IMG/VR virus record: IMGVR_UViG_3300025084_000006
DNA length: 64,000 bases
Strand: one strand, 5' to 3'
DNA from: a virus
Position 1 is the stretch's first letter. Each line of letters starts with the position of its first letter. Below the pieces are notes generated by a model that was not told the origin of the DNA, searched no databases, and was given only the letters and a program-made list of their open reading frames with translations. A program made the translations under genes and the position numbers. Shown in pieces: positions 31,549 through 38,206 of this stretch.

Positions 31549-31867
31549 AGACTTTGTTCGTACCCTTTGCAATCGTGATCCCTGTGCCAGGATTCAATGT
31601 ATCACCCATTCTTCCAATACTTGCCCCGTTTACTCTCACAGTACTCGATCCCTTCAATGTCCTAGGACTCGTACATGGATCGCCCTTTGGTGTAGTGCCA
31701 GGTACAGGTTTAAATGCATCACCCTCCTTTAATACAACTTTACCCCCCACATATACCTTCCCACTAGTTGCAACACTCGGTGTCCCTAAAACAGTCGGAG
31801 GGGTGTTACATATTCCTGCGCCACCAGAATCTATGAAGGTGGGGTCTGCAATTGACGGACCTGGCAT
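31538..31867 (-). CDS. PAAR-domain spike tip protein (gp5.4-like)
   Basis: KVYVGGKVVLKEGD...GSSTVRVNGASIGRMGD...IAKGTNKVFAG. Confidence 0.8.
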   Translation of the reverse strand: MPGPSIADPTFIDSGGAGICNTPPTVLGTPSVATSGKVYVGGKVVLKEGDAFKPVPGTTPKGDPCTSPRTLKGSSTVRVNGASIGRMGDTLNPGTGITIAKGTNKVFAG

Positions 31868-32025
31868 TTTATCTCCTGTAGTTGTATATACACATCATTG
31901 AGAAAATCTGCCAACTTTTCATGTTGCACAGATCCTGGACGACAATAATACATCGTCCCAGGTTCCTCACAATCCTTCAACCTCTTCTCCAAGGAATTCA
32001 ATCTCGCTGTTAACTCTTGATCCAT
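31831..32025 (-). CDS. Hypothetical protein (likely start MDQEL, 64 aa)
   Basis: C-terminal part of track ORF 31831..32109; the internal ATG minimises overlap. Confidence 0.6.
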   Translation of the reverse strand: MDQELTARLNSLEKRLKDCEEPGTMYYCRPGSVQHEKLADFLNDVYIQLQEIKCQVRQLQTPPS

Positions 32026-32233
32026 TCTTAAATTGCTCCTTCTGTTGTATGCCGTATGCTCCAAATGCTGCAGAAATATCCATCTCTGGTGCTGCCTCAG
32101 CACCCGCATAGTAATCTAATGCAGCATCTTGGATGGCATCGGCAAATTCATTGAAATCATCAAACCTTTGCTCCTTAATAGTGCCATCCTTTGTTTTATA
32201 CCTGATCTCTAGGTTTTCCTCTTTTTCAGTCAT
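31967..32233 (-). CDS. Hypothetical acidic protein (88 aa)
   Basis: ORF; ATGA overlap with the upstream small ORF. Confidence 0.7.
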   Translation of the reverse strand: MTEKEENLEIRYKTKDGTIKEQRFDDFNEFADAIQDAALDYYAGAEAAPEMDISAAFGAYGIQQKEQFKNGSRVNSEIEFLGEEVEGL

Positions 32234-32346
32234 TTTTTTACTGGGCGAATTTTTTCATATGCATTTAATCCTAAAATACGTATTACCTCCACTAAACACA
32301 TACTAATATAACTGATTTCTTCAAAAGGGGTTGTGCGAGTGTTCAT
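32230..32346 (-). CDS. Small hypothetical protein (38 aa, MNTRTTPFEEISYISMC...)
   Basis: Hand-translated; its TGA overlaps the next ATG; downstream of a late promoter. Confidence 0.5.
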   Translation of the reverse strand: MNTRTTPFEEISYISMCLVEVIRILGLNAYEKIRPVKK

Positions 32347-32381
32347 ACCTGGAGGATTTTTTATATTCGGAGATGCACTAA

Positions 32382-32388
32382 TATTTAT
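32382..32388 (-). promoter_or_regulatory. Late promoter (ATAAATA)
   Basis: tatttat in a non-coding gap just after the early-region terminator. Confidence 0.55.
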
Positions 32389-32455
32389 CTCGCTTGGGTA
32401 ACACTTTGTAGGTTAGAGTACGAGTAGGAGTCCCGCTCGGCATTCGGGGGTATAC

Positions 32456-32480
32456 AAAAAAAGGGGCATATTACTGCCCC
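32456..32480 (-). terminator. Rho-independent terminator closing the early region
   Basis: GGGGCA-GTAATA-TGCCCC followed by T7 on the minus strand, 5 nt after stop 32486. Confidence 0.85.
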
Positions 32481-32485
32481 TGTGT

Positions 32486-32692
32486 TTAATTTAGTGCTGT
32501 CAGTGATCTTCTCAATTGTCGCTTAATCTGTGCGATGGCATAGTTATCACTTGGTGTCTTTGAGCATGTTTGAATGATGCCTAGGTCAGGGTGTTTGTAT
32601 TTCAAATGCTTCGATTCATCGATGCAGATGAGACCTTCGGCAAACATGATTGAATCAACTGCCTTGCGGTATTTCCTGATGTTCATTGACAT
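32486..32692 (-). CDS. HicA-like (dsRBD-fold mRNA interferase-like) protein; start 32692 or 32686
   Basis: SKHLKYKHP...QTCSKTPSDNYAIAQIKRQLRR matches the HicA-type H-x-K..HP..TPSD..I++ pattern; about 66 aa, basic. Confidence 0.55.
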   Translation of the reverse strand: MSMNIRKYRKAVDSIMFAEGLICIDESKHLKYKHPDLGIIQTCSKTPSDNYAIAQIKRQLRRSLTALN

Positions 32693-32732
32693 ATAGTGTG
32701 GTGGGGTTAGTGTAAGGAAAGGGGGCGACCCC

Positions 32733-32954
32733 TTAGAGTTCAGCGAGCATCTCATCCATCTCGTCGGTGTCTACGTCATCGGATAACCAGGAGATGCCGT
32801 CGCCTGTGATGTACTCGCCGTACTCATCGATCCAACGCTTCGCCCACTTGCGATAACCTAGATTCTTGTTTGCTTTGGCGTGGCGGTAGATCGTCTCATC
32901 GTTGCCGATCCAAAGAGCGACGTTCCAGGTTGCGTGGTTTGCCCATCCGTTCAT
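32733..32954 (-). CDS. Early hypothetical protein (MNGWANHATWNVALWIGND family)
   Basis: ORF with its own promoter; widespread phage motif NGW.N..TW.V.LW..ND. Confidence 0.8.
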   Translation of the reverse strand: MNGWANHATWNVALWIGNDETIYRHAKANKNLGYRKWAKRWIDEYGEYITGDGISWLSDDVDTDEMDEMLAEL

Positions 32955-32981
32955 GCTGTGTCCTGTGTTGTGTTCTCTTGT

Positions 32982-33039
32982 ATTGTAGTCGGTAGGCAGA
33001 CGCTGCCTAGGAGAGCAGTGCCAGTTCCTGCTCTGTCAC
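32982..33039 (-). promoter_or_regulatory. Early promoter: palindromic box 33018-33039 plus TACAAT -10
   Basis: GTGCCAGT-TCCTGC-TCTGTCAC, 30 nt from the -10. Confidence 0.7.
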
Positions 33040-33234
33040 GCTGCTGATGTTCTCGTCTTCGTAGACACGCACCCATGGGATGGGGTTGCCTTCGGTGAGA
33101 CGCCAGATCATTTGATCACCCTCGCGTTCCTGCTGTCTGATTGCTGCGATGCGATAAGCGCCAGCAATGGTGGGGGTATAGTCAGCACCCCACTCGTCAA
33201 AGGTGCCGAAGGAGGTGGGTTGAACTGCGAACAT
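33007..33234 (-). CDS. Early hypothetical protein (75 aa)
   Basis: ORF with an upstream promoter and an AC-rich leader. Confidence 0.75.
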   Translation of the reverse strand: MFAVQPTSFGTFDEWGADYTPTIAGAYRIAAIRQQEREGDQMIWRLTEGNPIPWVRVYEDENISSVTEQELALLS

Positions 33235-33257
33235 GTGTTTGTTTGTTTGTTGAACTT

Positions 33258-33316
33258 AGTCTACAGGGTCAGGGTGGCAACCTAGGGGTTGCCTGTGTCA
33301 CTTATCCGATTGTCCC
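33258..33316 (-). promoter_or_regulatory. Early promoter: box 33295-33316 plus TAGACT -10
   Basis: GTGTCACT-TATCCG-ATTGTCCC, 31 nt from the -10. Confidence 0.65.
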
Positions 33317-33541
33317 ACCCATCATGACGCTGTACTGAGAGATGGAGATGATCTTCATCAGCACGTATTCAAAATCGTCTTTGATTTCTTCTTTGTAGGC
33401 GTCTGCCGTTGATTGGCAATCAAAGAGACGAAGAGAATTGAAGGACTGGAAAAGATGTTCCAGTCCTTCGTAATGTCCGTCAAGATAATCACCACCGATG
33501 ACGGCGTAGCATTTTGGGTCGTTCATGGTTTCGTTTCTCAT
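33302..33541 (-). CDS. Early hypothetical protein (79 aa)
   Basis: ORF; ATG 7 nt after the -10. Confidence 0.75.
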   Translation of the reverse strand: MRNETMNDPKCYAVIGGDYLDGHYEGLEHLFQSFNSLRLFDCQSTADAYKEEIKDDFEYVLMKIISISQYSVMMGGTIG

Positions 33542-33547
33542 GCTGTT

Positions 33548-33605
33548 AGTCTACAGGGTCAGCGCCTAGTGTCTGTCGCTGATGTTCCAGTTCGTGAACT
33601 GTTCG
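33548..33605 (-). promoter_or_regulatory. Early promoter: box 33584-33605 plus TAGACT -10
   Basis: GTTCCAGT-TCGTGA-ACTGTTCG, 30 nt from the -10; shares a 17-bp exact match (ttagtctacagggtcag) with the previous promoter. Confidence 0.65.
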
Positions 33606-33754
33606 GGTTGGATCTTGCCTGCTCTCACTGCCATGCGATACTCATGCTCTGCCTGCTGTTGCTTAAGGATCGAATCCATGACACGACTCATCAAAGGGGT
33701 AGGGTCGCCCGTGGTGATGAATTGTCCGTTGTGATGGCGTTGTGTTTTGTTCAT
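33566..33754 (-). CDS. Early hypothetical protein (likely start MNKTQRHH, 62 aa)
   Basis: Track ORF trimmed to the ATG downstream of the promoter. Confidence 0.7.
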   Translation of the reverse strand: MNKTQRHHNGQFITTGDPTPLMSRVMDSILKQQQAEHEYRMAVRAGKIQPEQFTNWNISDRH

Positions 33755-33760
33755 GTCCTT

Positions 33761-33817
33761 ATTATAGGGGCTGTGAGAGGCAGTGCCAAAACCATGTGAC
33801 ACTTAGGCGATTGGGAG
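33761..33817 (-). promoter_or_regulatory. Early promoter: box 33796-33817 plus TTGGCA-N17-TATAAT
   Basis: GTGACACT-TAGGCG-ATTGGGAG, 29 nt from the -10. Confidence 0.75.
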
Positions 33818-33870
33818 GCAGCCGACCAGTTAGTGTTACTTAGTGGGGGGATTGTCCCCCCTAAGTGTGA

Positions 33871-34197
33871 TCAAGCAAACTCGACAAAAGTGTAACCATT
33901 GACGAAATCATGGGTGACGTTGTTGTCACGAATGAACCATGCAAAATTGCTTTGATGTACTCCATCAGTCATGCCATTACAGAACTCGTTGATGATAGCA
34001 TTGAGACGTGATTTGGTTGTGTTTGACTGCCAACCGCCATCGAAGATGCGAACGAACTCATCACCAATCTCAGCAATTTTGTTGCCATGCAAGCGAACCT
34101 CAGACACACCATCTTGAGTCGTAACTGTTGTGTTTGCCTTTGACCAGTTGGCGTTGCCTTTGATAGCAGCGTTCATTTGGGTTTCGATCTTACGCAT
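33871..34197 (-). CDS. Early hypothetical protein (108 aa, MRKIETQM..V.LHGN.IA..GW.S.TTKSRLNA family)
   Basis: ORF with a conserved phage motif. Confidence 0.85.
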   Translation of the reverse strand: MRKIETQMNAAIKGNANWSKANTTVTTQDGVSEVRLHGNKIAEIGDEFVRIFDGGWQSNTTKSRLNAIINEFCNGMTDGVHQSNFAWFIRDNNVTHDFVNGYTFVEFA

Positions 34198-34226
34198 GAA
34201 AGTCGTGAGTTGTTTGTCTTGAATGT

Positions 34227-34285
34227 ATTGTTGCAGGGATGGGGGTGAATTGCAACCCCCTATGTGACACTAGTCAGACTGGTTG
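34227..34285 (-). promoter_or_regulatory. Early promoter: box 34264-34285 plus TTGCAA-N17-AACAAT
   Basis: GTGACACT-AGTCAG-ACTGGTTG, 31 nt from the -10. Confidence 0.7.
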
Positions 34286-34467
34286 GATTCGTCCACATCC
34301 AGCATGATTGCCATGGCAAGATCACAGAGGTGATCATCTGCCTCGAATGGGACAATCTGTGAGTCTACGAAGTCCATGACCATTTCAAAGTCTGCCTCAG
34401 GATTGGAGATACAGAACCCCCTGATGTCTGAAGCGATGTTGTTGCGTGGATCGTTGAGTTTGTTCAT
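34270..34467 (-). CDS. Early hypothetical protein (likely start MNKLNDP, 65 aa)
   Basis: ATG 7 nt after TATACT (34474-34479). Confidence 0.7.
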   Translation of the reverse strand: MNKLNDPRNNIASDIRGFCISNPEADFEMVMDFVDSQIVPFEADDHLCDLAMAIMLDVDESNQSD

Positions 34468-34502
34468 GTGTCTAGTATAGAGGTTGATGGGGCAGGATGG
34501 GG

Positions 34503-34691
34503 TCACAGACCATTAAGATAATCTGCAAGTGCCTCATCGTAGTCTGCCTTAGTCTCAAAGGTGCGACCATGGATCACACGTGGGTACGTGGCATCGCGAC
34601 CAGCAGCAGCGACCATCTCGCAGTCGGCACGATCGTATCCCATCTCAACCAGGTTGTTGACGTATGGGTTGTTGCTTGGTGTTTCGTTCAT
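34503..34691 (-). CDS. Early hypothetical protein (62 aa; LVEMGYDRADC resembles a UBA-type motif)
   Basis: ORF; ATG 7 nt after the -10. Confidence 0.7.
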   Translation of the reverse strand: MNETPSNNPYVNNLVEMGYDRADCEMVAAAGRDATYPRVIHGRTFETKADYDEALADYLNGL

Positions 34692-34697
34692 GTGTCT

Positions 34698-34754
34698 ACA
34701 ATACAGGATCTGAGGCAGAAATCAAGCGATGGTGTGCTGTTCACCGATTGTCCT
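34698..34754 (-). promoter_or_regulatory. Early promoter: box 34733-34754 plus TTGATT-N16-TATTGT
   Basis: TGTGCTGT-TCACCG-ATTGTCCT, 29 nt from the -10. Confidence 0.6.
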
Positions 34755-34777
34755 GTGGAATAAAAGTTTTCCACAGG
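34752..34777. repeat. Inverted repeat CCTGTGGAA-N8-TTCCACAGG containing a DnaA-box-like TTTTCCACA (34767-34775)
   Basis: Direct reading. Confidence 0.7.
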
Positions 34778-34907
34778 CAGCTGACTAGTTCTTCTTACTT
34801 AGTCGCACTACGAGTTTGATACACTTAGTCCAAAACTTGACACCAGAAGTATACTCCACAAATGTGGGTATGTATGGTTCAGTCACAAAAAAATCCCAAC
34901 CATGTAT

Positions 34908-34964
34908 AGACTACACGATCAGGATGATTTTGGATGATATAGTGGACGCTTCAACTAGTGGCAC
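34908..34964 (-). promoter_or_regulatory. Early promoter (box 34943-34964 plus TAGTCT) with no sizeable ORF downstream
   Basis: TGGACGCT-TCAACT-AGTGGCAC, 29 nt from the -10; the ATG at 34903 stops after 6 codons. Confidence 0.5.
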
Positions 34965-34974
34965 ATAATTCTAC

Positions 34975-35130
34975 TCAATCCTCAAAATATTCGTTATCTT
35001 TAAACTTGCGCTCATGCTTGTTACGCTTATTGTAACGCTTAGCATTTGACACATTGTAACCATACGACTCATAATCGTCTCTAACTTGTTTTGTAGACGA
35101 TTCAGTATACTTTTTGCTAGTTTTTGCCAT
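34975..35130 (-). CDS. Small basic protein (51 aa, MAKTSKKYTESS...)
   Basis: Hand-translated; ATAAATA late-promoter motif at 35170-35176 upstream. Confidence 0.6.
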   Translation of the reverse strand: MAKTSKKYTESSTKQVRDDYESYGYNVSNAKRYNKRNKHERKFKDNEYFED

Positions 35131-35172
35131 CTTTAGTGTAAAAATCAGTCAATTAGTGATTAATATGAGTAT

Positions 35173-35433
35173 TTATGGTACAATCTTGTCAATTAGAGTC
35201 AGTTCCTCTTGTTTAATACTATTATTCAAGAATTTACCTACTGATTCTTTACTATCAATGACTTTTTGTAAGTTATTATCGAAAGTATCTACATTTCTTT
35301 GATACTTATACACTACACTACTAGTAGTAAATTGTATTTCAATATAGTCTTCTCTTAATACTATACGATTAACCATAGATGACTCTAATGATTTAAAGTC
35401 TTTAAGAATAGTAGAGAATTGTGATTCTGTCAT
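35173..35433 (-). CDS. KTSC-domain-like protein (86 aa)
   Basis: ESSMVNRI...IEIQF....VYKY......SVGKFLN..IK fits the KTSC pattern SS.I..v.Y...L.V.F..G..Y.Y...S.G.F.N..I. Confidence 0.6.
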   Translation of the reverse strand: MTESQFSTILKDFKSLESSMVNRIVLREDYIEIQFTTSSVVYKYQRNVDTFDNNLQKVIDSKESVGKFLNNSIKQEELTLIDKIVP

Positions 35434-35438
35434 TTGTG

Positions 35439-35546
35439 AAATTAAATTAAATCTTAAAAATTAAACTTTTTAAAAAATTAAACTTTTTTAAAAAACGAAC
35501 TTTTTGACTTTCTTAAGTTTTTGAGTTTTTGATCTTTTTGCTTTTC
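35439..35546. repeat. Very AT-rich tract: tandem AAAAATTAAACTTTTT units followed by closely spaced T-tracts
   Basis: Direct reading; non-coding or nearly so. Confidence 0.75.
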
Positions 35547-35583
35547 TTCGGATTGCCTCTGTGTGCCTCTCGAAGACCTTCAT

Positions 35584-35679
35584 ATTATAGCAGCGACCCC
35601 ATGACCCTCGGCGGGGGTTTGTGCCAGTTTGCAACGTGTCATAGAGGGCATTGACAATCGATGCAGGGTGCGCTAAGAC
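35584..35679. promoter_or_regulatory. Divergent promoter pair centred on palindromic box 35621-35642
   Basis: Minus-strand TATAAT (35584-35589) and plus-strand TTGACA-N17-TAAGAC (35651-35679); each -10 is exactly 31 nt from the box. Confidence 0.6.
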
Positions 35680-35722
35680 AACAACTCCACCGCACCTTAC
35701 CTATATTAAATAAACCATTTAG

Positions 35723-35745
35723 TTTTCCACAGGTTTTTCCACAGG
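35723..35745 (+). repeat. Tandem TTTTCCACAGG x2 (DnaA-box-like, 12-nt period)
   Basis: TTTTCCACA at 35723-35731 and 35735-35743. Confidence 0.75.
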
Positions 35746-35791
35746 CACTCAACATATTATAAAGTTTTATCTTTAAAAGTCGTTGTAAACA

Positions 35792-36016
35792 CTAGGGAGT
35801 GCCTTTGCGGTGTATAGTGAGTATCTCTGGAGATAATACCAATTTCTTTTCTTCCATCCCTGTTACGTCTTGTCCTCTCTTAATCATCTTCATCATTGCT
35901 TCTTGTGCTGATTGAAGGGTCATATAACAGGCATATTGAGTGGTTGATTCAGTATGCCCATAGAGGATATGTTCGTAACCTATAGCATAGTAAGTGTTGG
36001 GTAACTTTGGTCTCAT
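35792..36016 (-). CDS. Early hypothetical protein (74 aa)
   Basis: ATGA overlap with the upstream ORF. Confidence 0.7.
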   Translation of the reverse strand: MRPKLPNTYYAIGYEHILYGHTESTTQYACYMTLQSAQEAMMKMIKRGQDVTGMEEKKLVLSPEILTIHRKGTP

Positions 36017-36243
36017 TTATCGAATACATCACTTAGTTCATCCGAATTATAATAACTGATCTCTTCCTGTTCATTCTCTTCTTCACCTAGTAGCATCCAC
36101 TCATAGAATTCATCAGCAAGTGCCATGGCATCATCCATACGATCTTTCTTGAGAAGAAACTTAAATCTTCTCAATCTATTCTGCATGATGGTGTCTATCT
36201 GATTAGAGACAGATGCTTGTTCTTTAGCAAGTTTATTGTTCAT
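36013..36243 (-). CDS. Early hypothetical protein (76 aa)
   Basis: ATGA overlaps on both sides. Confidence 0.75.
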   Translation of the reverse strand: MNNKLAKEQASVSNQIDTIMQNRLRRFKFLLKKDRMDDAMALADEFYEWMLLGEEENEQEEISYYNSDELSDVFDK

Positions 36244-36458
36244 TGGATTGTAAGTACGTTAGATAGATGATCATAACGAACGAACACTTGTTCTTTAGCA
36301 AGTGCTAGGGACAAACCTTTAGCAAACTCATTAGGGAATTTTGAGAAGTAACGCCAGTATTTGTCTGGGTCAATTTGATTAGGTACTGGTTTAAATGTAG
36401 TTGGTGTCAGTTGTTGGAGTTCAACTAGTTCTTTGACGTGATCAGAAATTAAATTCAC
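36240..36458 (-). CDS. Early hypothetical protein (likely GTG start, 72 aa)
   Basis: GTGA overlap with the upstream stop. Confidence 0.65.
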   Translation of the reverse strand: MNLISDHVKELVELQQLTPTTFKPVPNQIDPDKYWRYFSKFPNEFAKGLSLALAKEQVFVRYDHLSNVLTIQ

Positions 36459-36685
36459 TTGACAAATACCTCGCTGGTGTGTTCTTGAGTCAGTTGTTGT
36501 GCTTGTTTGAGAAGATGGCACATATGAACAATATGATCTACATCCTCATCTTGGGGATTGAAGTCATAAGATGTAGACCAATCAGGAATACCATCATTGT
36601 CAATGTAAGCACCAAACATGTAACCATCAGCACCAATGGCATATACATGGGGAGAGGCAACAAGAAAGAACTGGGGAGCAGTCAT
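36455..36685 (-). CDS. Early hypothetical protein (76 aa)
   Basis: ORF downstream of a consensus promoter. Confidence 0.75.
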   Translation of the reverse strand: MTAPQFFLVASPHVYAIGADGYMFGAYIDNDGIPDWSTSYDFNPQDEDVDHIVHMCHLLKQAQQLTQEHTSEVFVK

Positions 36686-36708
36686 CGGTCTGTGTGTTGA
36701 ATGAATTC

Positions 36709-36737
36709 AGTATACTATGTATTGGGTTGAATGTCAA
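36709..36737 (-). promoter_or_regulatory. Consensus sigma70 promoter TTGACA-N17-TATACT
   Basis: Direct reading; the -35 lies within the inverted repeat GGGTTGA-N3-TCAACCC (36724-36740). Confidence 0.85.
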
Positions 36738-37186
36738 CCCTGGTAGTATGCATTTTTGTAGAGATAACCGCCACTCCAGTCAGCATTCTCAAATACCCAC
36801 TCACGTTCTTTGATGATATTCAGATCGAAACGTGCTTCTTTCACTGGTGCTTTGAATGATGCTGCCTTGTGCAACTCACCAGTTTTCATATTGATGAAGC
36901 AATGAACACTACGTGAACCACTATCAGTCTCCATGATGATCTTGTGATACTTACGACCACTTTCAATGTAGAACTTATACAGACATTCACCACTCTCAAT
37001 CGAAGCAAGACGCTGTGCTTTATATTCAGGTTCAGTATGATTGAAGAAGTTAGCACGGCGAATGCTATCACGCTTGAAGTCATACTCCAATGCATCACAT
37101 AACATCAGGCAATACTCTCTCACTTTGAGTTGAATGCTGTTACGAGCGTCTTGAGTGGCAACGAAGTCAGTGAATGAAGCAGTCAT
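36734..37186 (-). CDS. Conserved phage early protein (G.KY.KI...SVH.FI...TG...K.AS.KAP family; likely start MTASF)
   Basis: Motif and upstream promoter. Confidence 0.8.
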   Translation of the reverse strand: MTASFTDFVATQDARNSIQLKVREYCLMLCDALEYDFKRDSIRRANFFNHTEPEYKAQRLASIESGECLYKFYIESGRKYHKIIMETDSGSRSVHCFINMKTGELHKAASFKAPVKEARFDLNIIKEREWVFENADWSGGYLYKNAYYQG

Positions 37187-37207
37187 GTCGTTTGTGTCGA
37201 TGTTGTT

Positions 37208-37266
37208 AGTATAGTGCTTTGTGGGGATCATTGCAACCCACATACAGACACTTGATCAGGTGTCAT
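37208..37266 (-). promoter_or_regulatory. Early promoter: box 37245-37266 plus TTGCAA-N17-TATACT
   Basis: CAGACACT-TGATCA-GGTGTCAT, 31 nt from the -10. Confidence 0.75.
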
Positions 37267-37464
37267 AGTCTCAACTGTCAAGCGTCTCCATCCACGCACG
37301 TCTCGGATGCCTTCCACTACCATGTTCACAACACGCTCTAATTGCTGCTGACGACCCTTGACGGTGGTGCATTGACCTTGCTTAGAGTAAAGTGTGCTCA
37401 CTGTGTTGTCTTCATTGGTGATGAAGATGCGATAGTGTGCATGCTTGACTGCTGTGACTGCCAT
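37228..37464 (-). CDS. Early hypothetical protein (78 aa)
   Basis: ORF with a promoter. Confidence 0.75.
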   Translation of the reverse strand: MAVTAVKHAHYRIFITNEDNTVSTLYSKQGQCTTVKGRQQQLERVVNMVVEGIRDVRGWRRLTVETMTPDQVSVCGLQ

Positions 37465-37491
37465 GTGGGTCGTTCCCTTTGGTATGAATAT

Positions 37492-37548
37492 AGTATAGCG
37501 TGGTGAGGTGCCTTGTGGTGGGTGAGTGGTCAGTTCATGAAGTGGTCA
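37492..37548 (-). promoter_or_regulatory. Early promoter: box 37527-37548 plus TATACT -10
   Basis: TGGTCAGT-TCATGA-AGTGGTCA, 29 nt from the -10. Confidence 0.7.
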
Positions 37549-37750
37549 GTCGAGACATGCTGATCATGAATAGAAACACTACCATGATCACCACATCCCA
37601 TGACTTTGTTCTAATGAAGTATGGGATGCTAATCAGATCAGCAACACAATTAATCATCACACCAACAATCACATTGACATGTAGAATCACAAAATAGGCA
37701 GTGATAACACCAACACTACCTAATACTCTTGCTTTACTGTCGAGTTTCAT
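37535..37750 (-). CDS. Small multi-pass membrane protein (71 aa)
   Basis: Three hydrophobic segments. Confidence 0.75.
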   Translation of the reverse strand: MKLDSKARVLGSVGVITAYFVILHVNVIVGVMINCVADLISIPYFIRTKSWDVVIMVVFLFMISMSRLTTS

Positions 37751-37919
37751 GCCATGTGATACCTAGTCTGTCCCATAACTCATCAATTGTAATCTCTAAC
37801 TCTGCTGCTACTTCTTCATCCCATTCACGATTGTTCTTCTCACATTGTGCAACGAAGGCAGGATCATCACACATCTCTTCAATCAAGTCTTCAAATGAAG
37901 TTGTATCTGGAATGGTCAT
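37734..37919 (-). CDS. Small acidic hypothetical protein (61 aa)
   Basis: ATGA overlap with the upstream gene. Confidence 0.7.
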   Translation of the reverse strand: MTIPDTTSFEDLIEEMCDDPAFVAQCEKNNREWDEEVAAELEITIDELWDRLGITWHETRQ

Positions 37920-38206
37920 TGTTCTACGTATGATTTGAGTAGTGGCATAGAAGTATATGCCGTGGTGTTGCTTACGTCTACTGGTTTGCCAGGACGTTTA
38001 TGGTTGATTGGGGCAATGTAGCATCGTTTTTTTGTGTTGTAGAATCCCCAAATTGAGACGACAGGATCATTGGTGTAACTAAACCTAGCATGATTCCTAA
38101 TCCAAATGCCAACGATGTTGGTCTTATGTTCCTTAACATAGTATGAGTAACCTTCTGGTGGTTGATGTGGGAAATCAGTTGGCAGATTGTTCAATGGTTG
38201 AGTCAT
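37916..38206 (-). CDS. Conserved cyanophage hypothetical protein (96 aa)
   Basis: DFPHQPPEGYSY...IWGFY..K...Y.APIN motif. Confidence 0.8.
   Translation of the reverse strand: MTQPLNNLPTDFPHQPPEGYSYYVKEHKTNIVGIWIRNHARFSYTNDPVVSIWGFYNTKKRCYIAPINHKRPGKPVDVSNTTAYTSMPLLKSYVEQ

Noticed and set aside
35488-35583. Short basic ORF MKVFERHTEAIRRKAKRS...
   Set aside because: Its ATG abuts the -10 hexamer, so it lies upstream of the predicted TSS; the Lys richness follows from the T-tracts
35668-35780. Xer dif-like site (GGTGCGC..., TATGTTGAGT)
   Set aside because: The arms do not form the 11-6-11 arrangement
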